Shown: positions 57,339 through 64,000 of the stretch, in pieces | Layout of the letters: the number at the start of each line of letters is the position of its first letter | Numbering within the stretch: the stretch's first letter is position 1 | Source of the DNA: an uncultured Sulfurovum sp. | GTDB lineage: Bacteria > Campylobacterota > Campylobacteria > Campylobacterales > Sulfurovaceae | Length of the DNA: 64,000 bases | Assembly: GCA_902727895.1 (NCBI GenBank) | Contig: CACVAP010000090.1 | Span: 5,129 to 69,128, forward strand | Direction of reading: 5' to 3' | Made by a program: the position numbers and the translations under genes | The notes under the pieces: generated by a model | Told to the model about the DNA's origin: nothing | The model's database searches: none | The model's input: the letters and a program-made list of their open reading frames with translations, nothing else

Positions 57339-58460
57339 TTAACATTGGAAAACAATATCCCCATCAACATACACCTCAGAGATTTCAAATGCTTCATTAA
57401 ACAGCACAAAATCAGCCTCAAAGCCTTTTTCTATAAGCCCTTTGTTCAGTCCTAGTTTTTTAGCAGGGATCGTCGTAACCGTAGCAAGCAATTCAGGTAA
57501 ACTAATATCAGTATGTTCATAAAAATTCTTCAAGGCTTCATTCATTTTTAAAACAGAGCCAGCCAGTGTTCCATCTTCAAGCCGTGCTTCTCCATCTTTA
57601 ACAATCACTTTTTGACCACCAATATCAGAAACACCACAATGCAAACACCCTGCTCTCATGGCATCGGTGATCAAAATTAACTGCTCTTTTTTAAGTTTAG
57701 TCAACAAGTTAAAAAAAGAAGGATGAATGTGTATTAAATCTGCAATGACATCAAATGAAACCTCATCAGCTTCAAGCACAGCCCCAACAATCCCTGGTTC
57801 TCGATGATGCAAAGGATTCATAGCATTAAACAAATGCGTAGCATGAGAAACACCCCAAGAAAAACTCTCTTTACATTCCTCATAAGAAGCATTTGAATGT
57901 CCAACACTTAGTAAAACATGAGGATACTCTTTAGATAAATATTCTATAAACTCTCTAGCTCCATCAACTTCAGGTGCTAGTGTTATCATCTTCACGATGT
58001 CCATAAAAGGCAATATAAGTTCCATATTCGGCTTTTGAACATACTTGTCATTTTGCGCACCCTTCTTAGCAACATTAATAAAAGGTCCTTCCAAATGCAC
58101 ACCCAAAATCTTTGCACCACTTTTTTGCTCAAAATTTTGAACATTTAACAAGGCACAATAAATATCTTCTTTACTCATGGTCATAGTCGTTGCCAAAAAA
58201 GAAGTCGTCCCTGTTTGCAGTATACTTTTAGACATCTCAGCCAAAGCTTCTTCGGTTCCATCCATTACATCATAACCATTTGAACCATGTATGTGGATGT
58301 CAATAAATCCAGCAGAAAGGTAAAGCCCTTGTGCATCCATAAGTTCTGTGTTTTCAGGTACGTCTTGACTCAAAGCAACTATTTTCTCATCAAAAGAAAG
58401 TGCATAACCTTCTAAAACCTCATCTTGCGTAATTATCTTTGCATTTACAATCGTTTTCAT
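57339..58460 (-). CDS. nagA: N-acetylglucosamine-6-phosphate deacetylase
   Basis: 373 aa. Contains GFIDIHIHGSNGYDVMDG, GTTSFLATT, LEGPF, HLFNAM and ITDAM. Confidence 0.85.
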   Translation of the reverse strand: MKTIVNAKIITQDEVLEGYALSFDEKIVALSQDVPENTELMDAQGLYLSAGFIDIHIHGSNGYDVMDGTEEALAEMSKSILQTGTTSFLATTMTMSKEDIYCALLNVQNFEQKSGAKILGVHLEGPFINVAKKGAQNDKYVQKPNMELILPFMDIVKMITLAPEVDGAREFIEYLSKEYPHVLLSVGHSNASYEECKESFSWGVSHATHLFNAMNPLHHREPGIVGAVLEADEVSFDVIADLIHIHPSFFNLLTKLKKEQLILITDAMRAGCLHCGVSDIGGQKVIVKDGEARLEDGTLAGSVLKMNEALKNFYEHTDISLPELLATVTTIPAKKLGLNKGLIEKGFEADFVLFNEAFEISEVYVDGDIVFQC

Positions 58461-58894
58461 TAACGAATCGACCTTATGTTGGTTTGACTTAACTTATATA
58501 TTTTAGAAGCTTGTCCATTTTTTTTCTTAGGAAAAGAAACTATCACTTCGGCATTGTCTTTGGCGTATTGTTCTTCATAGTCTGCACCACTTAAGTTTGC
58601 TGAAGAAGAGTAAAACCATTTGAGCCGATCTAAAAGTAAATTGTGTTCCGTATTTTTAACCACACGAAATGACAAGCCATTGGGCATAATAAACGTTGTT
58701 CGTTTAGCACGACGCACACGGTTTTTAAATTTGTTAGGAACACGCGTAAATGTTTGTAAAGTTTCTAAAGAATTAACCACCTGTATATAGTGCTTATTTG
58801 GCTTCCTCTTTTTAGCTCGGTCTATTTTTGTACTCTCTTGAGAAACAAAGCCTATGGTGGTGTCTGTTTGGGTTAGGTAGAGGTTAGTTTTCAT
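58460..58894 (-). CDS. short Sua5/YciO/YrdC/YwlC family protein
   Basis: 144 aa. TDTTIGF (compare TDTVYG) and SSANLSG (compare TSAN.SG). TAATG overlap with nagA. AAGGAA RBS lies inside the end of the giant upstream ORF. Confidence 0.65.
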   Translation of the reverse strand: MKTNLYLTQTDTTIGFVSQESTKIDRAKKRKPNKHYIQVVNSLETLQTFTRVPNKFKNRVRRAKRTTFIMPNGLSFRVVKNTEHNLLLDRLKWFYSSSANLSGADYEEQYAKDNAEVIVSFPKKKNGQASKIYKLSQTNIRSIR

Positions 58895-61800
58895 TTAACT
58901 TCCTTTGTGCTAATGTTTTATTATTAATTGTCCTAAACTTCAATGGTAAAAAATATTTAGAATACTCCAAAGGTAACTCCATTAAGAGTTTATTAATTAT
59001 TACCTTTATCTCTTCATCATTTTCAAGACTAAATAATCCTAAATATTTTGAGAAAAGTTTAATTCTTAATTCAATATTATTTGTTTGCTTAATAGGCATG
59101 TAAATTAGTATTTCAAATAATGTAGCTCTTTGCTGTTTAGTTGTTATTTTAAGAGATATATTTTTAATATCTTCTTTAACTTTATTAGAAATTTGATAGT
59201 CATTAATATTTTTGAGTTGCTTTACAAAAAATAATGAATCATATAAACTTAGTAAAACTTGTTCTTCTGTATCTGAAAGAGGGGTATATTTTTCTATGGT
59301 TTCTACCAATCTATTTTTTAAATCATTACTCAGAGGGTAAACATTATATTTTAAATTAAAAAATGTAATAAATATAGAGTTATTTTCATTAGATACCTCT
59401 TCCATTTCTTCTAGCATCTCTTTTAATCTTGGGAAAGTATCTAAAATAGAGTTTTCTTCTAGTTGTAAAAAAGAATTAATAGCATTAAATCTATTATGTG
59501 TTAATTGTGTGAAATCTGGATAAGCGTCTTCTCTTATTAACTCTTCTAATTTTCTTTTTATAATAGAACTACCAAAGTAATCAAGGTTATCATCTGTAAT
59601 ATATGAAATAGAAGTCATTACAAATTCCTCATAGCTTAAATCATAATTCAACAAGTCCATACTATATGAACTATCAGGTCTAAATACTTCTAAAGTAACT
59701 CTATTAGAATGAGTCTTAAATTCTTTAAGTATCCAACTATAATCTACACTATAAGCAGTAAAATATTTCATTAGTTTATTGCTATGCGACCAAATAAGGG
59801 CTATTTTCATATCATCATTTAAAGTAGTAAATTTAATATCAAACTCTTGTTTAATAAATTTCTTTATAGCAAAGAATGCTTCTAATCTTAATTTAAATTC
59901 TTTAGTAAATATCTTTTTTGTCAGATAGAGTATAAACTTTTTATAGCTATCATTTTGAATAGACACCAAGACTTTTATAAGTTGTATATGTGATATTGGT
60001 GTAGATGAAGTATTTAAAAATGCTTTTAAAATTTCTTTTTGTTCTTTGTCTATTTTATCTTTTAATATATCAATGATTTGTTGAGGAAAAGAGATAGGGA
60101 AATGATGTATCTCATCAATGGTCTTTAAAATATCTTCTTCATTTACAAAAGTTTCTACAGAGAGATTAAATGCTTCATTAAATTCAAGGCTACTGTCTAG
60201 TCTAAAATGATTTAAAAGTATATCTATATTATCAGGAATTAAAGAGTCAAAATTTAACCTTTGCTTTTCTAAATCCTTTTGAATATTAGAGTAAAATTTA
60301 GAATCTTCTTTAACTTGATATAGTTTTTCTATTCTCTCATGATGATTCTGAACATTAATAATATCATGGATTAACTCTTTTTTCTTTGTATCTGACATGT
60401 CAAACCATTCAGGGTTTGCTTCTAATAACTTTTTTCTCTTAGGTCTTGATGTTGATAAAAGCATAAAGGTATCATTCATAAAGCCCTGATTATTAATTTT
60501 AATTCGTTTTTGATTTTCAATTATAATAGATTCTAAAATAATAGATTCATTCTTATCTATAGCTTTTATTATCTCTTTACCACCACCATTTATAACTTTT
60601 TTAATTTGATTATTAAAGACTTCATTATTGAATAATAAACCATTGACACCTATTCTTTTTTCAAATGGTAACTTTTCTATTAATTCTTTATTTTCATATA
60701 AATTATTTTTAATTTTTTCAGGTAAATTGCTAATCAGTCCTATAACTATTATCTGCTCCTCTTCTTTTAAATCTTTTATAAAAAAACTTTGAATTAATGA
60801 ATAGCTTAGGTTATCAATAAAATTTTGAAATAACTCAGAATTAGCCTTAAAAAACTTTGATATCAAATTATGATATATCCAATCAAAATACAATTTTTGA
60901 TTTTCATCAGAAATAATAGTAATTGCTTGAATAAATAGACTTGTAATTTCTATTACAGTCATAGTTCTTGTAATATCAGTATTATCTGATAGTTTATTTT
61001 TTATTAAAGAGAACATATTTAAAGTAAACAAGTTTTCTAAAACCCAATTTAAATAAATATATCTATCTTCTTCGTATTCAAAATCTTCATTCCATAAATC
61101 AATAATACTATGATTTATCTCTCTTACTTGATTTATTACAAAAAATGGTTCTGAATATTGGTTATTCTCTATCTCTGTTTGTTCAAATGGTTTAATATAT
61201 TTAAAATTCTGAACCATAAATTGTAATGACTCTTTTAATGTTTTTAAATCTTCACTTTCTTCTACTCTATTCCCTTCTATTTTACACTGTTTTAGATGAT
61301 AAATTATTTCTTTTGAACTAATAAGTAAAAAAAGATACTTTCTTTTTCTTATTTCTAATAAGCTAGAGTAGTATTCATGTTTTGTGATTATCTTACTTTT
61401 ATAAAATGTAAATAGTATATCATTTACACTAATTATTTCATTTTCATTTTTAGTTGTTTGAAAACTATTAACATATCTATCATCTATACAAATTAATATA
61501 TTATCTTTTTGAAATTCTAATAAAGTATAAATTGAAAGAAGTAAGTTTGATGACTCTTCTTTATCTTTTAATTTTTCTTTACTTACTTCAGGAGCATAAT
61601 ATAATTTTTCAAGTTTAAAATTTATTTTTAACAACTCTATTAACTCATGAGAAACATTAATATCATGCAAAATAAAAAATATATTACTTGGTAAATAAAC
61701 TTTAACAAAGGAATCAATGACTAGCTGTAACTGATGAATTGAGAACAATAAAAGTAAAGAAGTTATATCCAAATATAATTTAGCACTTTTAAATTTTTCA

Positions 61801-63995
61801 AGTTCTAAAAAAGTATATTTTTTGGCACTTCTAATATAAAGAGTTTTTTGATTTTCTTTACAAAAGCTATTAAAAAAATCTCTATCTAAATAATGAATTG
61901 AAATATCAGAGTTTTTATACAGAGTAGTTTCATGATTTTTTTGTTCATTAATTTTAGATGCGTATCCTTCAATTTCATTAAGGTTTATCATCTGACCTAT
62001 GATACTTTTATCCTCAATTAATTGGGGTAAATATGAAATTACTAAGTCATTTATAATACCATTTTTATGCAAATCTAAAGCCAGTTCTTTTTCTGATTTA
62101 TTTATACCATTATTATTTATGACTTCTTGTAAAAGAACAGAGCTATTTTTAGATACTGATGCAATTTGGATTTTAGAGTTAATATCAATATTTGGATTTT
62201 TAATTACATTAGTTGCCAAAGTTTCTAATTTATCTTGAGAGTCAGTTTTTTTATAAAAATAAGTTAAATTTGATATATCCTCTAATTTATTTGTAAAGTT
62301 ATTTTTTTCATAAATTTGTATTGAGCGTTCAGGAAAACCTAATGAGCTTTCACAAGTAGCCTTTATCTTTAAAAAGCTATCTTTTATTAATTTACTATTA
62401 ACTTTAGGTAACCATATATCTATAAGTTTATTTGCTTTATCAAAGTTTTGACTATTTATTTCCCCTAAAATAACTAATTCAACAACCTTTTCAGTTTGAA
62501 AATACTTTAACAAATAATCTGAATATTCAGTAATATATTCCCAATTATTCTCTTCTGATTTCATCTCACAAATTTTTAAGCGATAAATAGGATTTTTATT
62601 CTCTTTAAATAATTTCTCATATAACTCAGAAGCTGACTTATAATCATTGGTCACTTTATATATATGAGCCTTAACATCATCTTTTCTACTCATATCATTT
62701 TCATCAACAAATTTTAAAGCCTCTTTATAAAGTTCAAAATTTATTAAAATATTTATATAGTACTCTCTCCAATAATCTATTTTATTTTCTTCAAGATAAA
62801 TATTTTTATATTTATCTAATACTTCAAATGTTTTCTTTTTATCTTCCTGTTTAAAATAATACCTAATCAGAGTATCTGCTTTGTATAGATTATTAATATC
62901 TTCATCTAACTCTAAATTCTTTATATCCTCTCTAATATCTATGTTTAAATCATAAATAATATTAAATTGAACAGCCACAAGTCTATACTTTTTATCCTCA
63001 TATAAACTTTGAATATACTCTATAGCTTCATCTATGTTTATTAACCATTTAATAGTTGCTATCCAAGCTTTATCTCTATATTCAGAATTCTCTTTTTCAA
63101 CTTCATCTAGTATAGTTTTTGCCATATTTATTTTTTCTTGGCTTTTACTGTCTATTTTTAATGCATTTTTTTGAATAATAGGTGGAAGTAAATTAGGAAG
63201 AACATCATATAGTGTTGATTGGTAAAAAAGAATAATAGCTTTTACTCGTTTTGATTCTAAATAATTGTCTTTTATATCTAATGATTTATTTATATCTTTT
63301 AATGCTTGTTCATGATTATCATCTTTACGGTACAATTCATACAATGATTTCAGTCTATAAGTTTCATGATTTCTATCTTTTATATCAATAAGGTCTAATG
63401 TTGCCTTTACATCTTGAAAATTATTTGTACTCATATATAATGCTATTTTTTGATTTAATGTTGCTACTTCATTGTTATCAAGTAATAAAATAGCTTTAGC
63501 TAGGTCACCTTTATCAAATTCAATCCAAGATAAAAGTCTATTTACATATAATGAACTATCTAATTGTTGTACCTTATCTACTAAAGATTCAGTTTTATCA
63601 GATTCATTAGTTATAGATACTCTAGCTTCTTCATAAACTATTTTAGCTTTTTGTTGATTTGAAAGAATACTCCATTTAGGAGATATTTTAATTTCATCTA
63701 TCCAAGTTTGTACCTCTTTTTCTGTTCCATTAAGATATTCATCTTTGATTTTTTTGAACTCTTTTGTAACTTCCTCTTGAATAATAATCTTATACTCATC
63801 TAATTGCAAACTACTTGATTGTTGTAGAGAGCTTGATACTTCTATGCTTGTTGACTCTAGTGTTACTATCTCAATACCACCATACTTTTCTAAAGAAATA
63901 TCTTTCAATAAAAAACTAACATTTATACAATCAAATGAATTATTATCTGTAATAACCTTAGATATTACTCCTGTAAGCATATAATCACTATTCAC
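58884..63995 (-). CDS. giant hypothetical protein (at least 1703 aa) with TPR-like repeats and an internal PIN-like region; N-terminus may lie outside the window
   Basis: Uninterrupted 5.1-kb ORF. The track start is GTG at 63995, but the frame is still open to position 64000. The N-terminal third is helical-repeat rich. I saw no Walker A motif. Very AT-rich. Confidence 0.6.
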   Translation of the reverse strand: MNSDYMLTGVISKVITDNNSFDCINVSFLLKDISLEKYGGIEIVTLESTSIEVSSSLQQSSSLQLDEYKIIIQEEVTKEFKKIKDEYLNGTEKEVQTWIDEIKISPKWSILSNQQKAKIVYEEARVSITNESDKTESLVDKVQQLDSSLYVNRLLSWIEFDKGDLAKAILLLDNNEVATLNQKIALYMSTNNFQDVKATLDLIDIKDRNHETYRLKSLYELYRKDDNHEQALKDINKSLDIKDNYLESKRVKAIILFYQSTLYDVLPNLLPPIIQKNALKIDSKSQEKINMAKTILDEVEKENSEYRDKAWIATIKWLINIDEAIEYIQSLYEDKKYRLVAVQFNIIYDLNIDIREDIKNLELDEDINNLYKADTLIRYYFKQEDKKKTFEVLDKYKNIYLEENKIDYWREYYINILINFELYKEALKFVDENDMSRKDDVKAHIYKVTNDYKSASELYEKLFKENKNPIYRLKICEMKSEENNWEYITEYSDYLLKYFQTEKVVELVILGEINSQNFDKANKLIDIWLPKVNSKLIKDSFLKIKATCESSLGFPERSIQIYEKNNFTNKLEDISNLTYFYKKTDSQDKLETLATNVIKNPNIDINSKIQIASVSKNSSVLLQEVINNNGINKSEKELALDLHKNGIINDLVISYLPQLIEDKSIIGQMINLNEIEGYASKINEQKNHETTLYKNSDISIHYLDRDFFNSFCKENQKTLYIRSAKKYTFLELEKFKSAKLYLDITSLLLLFSIHQLQLVIDSFVKVYLPSNIFFILHDINVSHELIELLKINFKLEKLYYAPEVSKEKLKDKEESSNLLLSIYTLLEFQKDNILICIDDRYVNSFQTTKNENEIISVNDILFTFYKSKIITKHEYYSSLLEIRKRKYLFLLISSKEIIYHLKQCKIEGNRVEESEDLKTLKESLQFMVQNFKYIKPFEQTEIENNQYSEPFFVINQVREINHSIIDLWNEDFEYEEDRYIYLNWVLENLFTLNMFSLIKNKLSDNTDITRTMTVIEITSLFIQAITIISDENQKLYFDWIYHNLISKFFKANSELFQNFIDNLSYSLIQSFFIKDLKEEEQIIVIGLISNLPEKIKNNLYENKELIEKLPFEKRIGVNGLLFNNEVFNNQIKKVINGGGKEIIKAIDKNESIILESIIIENQKRIKINNQGFMNDTFMLLSTSRPKRKKLLEANPEWFDMSDTKKKELIHDIINVQNHHERIEKLYQVKEDSKFYSNIQKDLEKQRLNFDSLIPDNIDILLNHFRLDSSLEFNEAFNLSVETFVNEEDILKTIDEIHHFPISFPQQIIDILKDKIDKEQKEILKAFLNTSSTPISHIQLIKVLVSIQNDSYKKFILYLTKKIFTKEFKLRLEAFFAIKKFIKQEFDIKFTTLNDDMKIALIWSHSNKLMKYFTAYSVDYSWILKEFKTHSNRVTLEVFRPDSSYSMDLLNYDLSYEEFVMTSISYITDDNLDYFGSSIIKRKLEELIREDAYPDFTQLTHNRFNAINSFLQLEENSILDTFPRLKEMLEEMEEVSNENNSIFITFFNLKYNVYPLSNDLKNRLVETIEKYTPLSDTEEQVLLSLYDSLFFVKQLKNINDYQISNKVKEDIKNISLKITTKQQRATLFEILIYMPIKQTNNIELRIKLFSKYLGLFSLENDEEIKVIINKLLMELPLEYSKYFLPLKFRTINNKTLAQRKLNEN

Positions 63996-64000
63996 TGTAG

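Overview
This is an AT-rich, densely packed chromosomal segment. Gene content and local gene order suggest a member of the Campylobacterota (epsilonproteobacteria), for example mtaB-like/mscS-like/aroB/COG3400-like divergent from tgt, polyprenyl synthase next to hemA, and aroQ next to an M24 peptidase. I cannot name the genus from sequence alone. I support about 60 intact CDSs, and nearly all long ORFs in the track that lie antisense to these look spurious. By eye I found no rRNA, tRNA, CRISPR array, integrase or transposase.

Most genes are housekeeping: aroB, tgt, glyS, pdxA, hemA, gdhA, purL, trpC, cysE, queC, ybeY, aroQ and nagA.

The parts that deserve a second look are:
1. A very low-GC two-gene module at 9.7-12.9 kb, a DUF262/GmrSD-like protein translationally coupled to an SMC/ABC-type ATPase. 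It looks like an unnamed defence system.
2. A seven-gene minus-strand cluster at 27.3-32.4 kb. It joins non-deamidating NAD salvage (NadM-Nudix, NadV/NAMPT) to an ADP-ribosylglycohydrolase, a 2OG-Fe(II) oxygenase, a VOC protein and two low-GC orphan ORFs. A MITE-like palindromic element sits between nadM and nadV, and the nadV 3' end has an odd G-tract/codon-usage island.
3. A low-GC ORF of at least 1703 aa at 58.9-64.0 kb, still open at the window edge. It has TPR-like helical repeats and an internal PIN-like acidic-residue pattern, and it is translationally coupled to housekeeping genes.
4. A nickel superoxide dismutase cluster (putative Ni transporter, ankyrin protein, sodN, sodX) followed by gpx and a flavin reductase.
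5. A family of GTAG-headed REP-like hairpins at three loci.

All functional calls rest on motifs I read in the translations. No database search was run.
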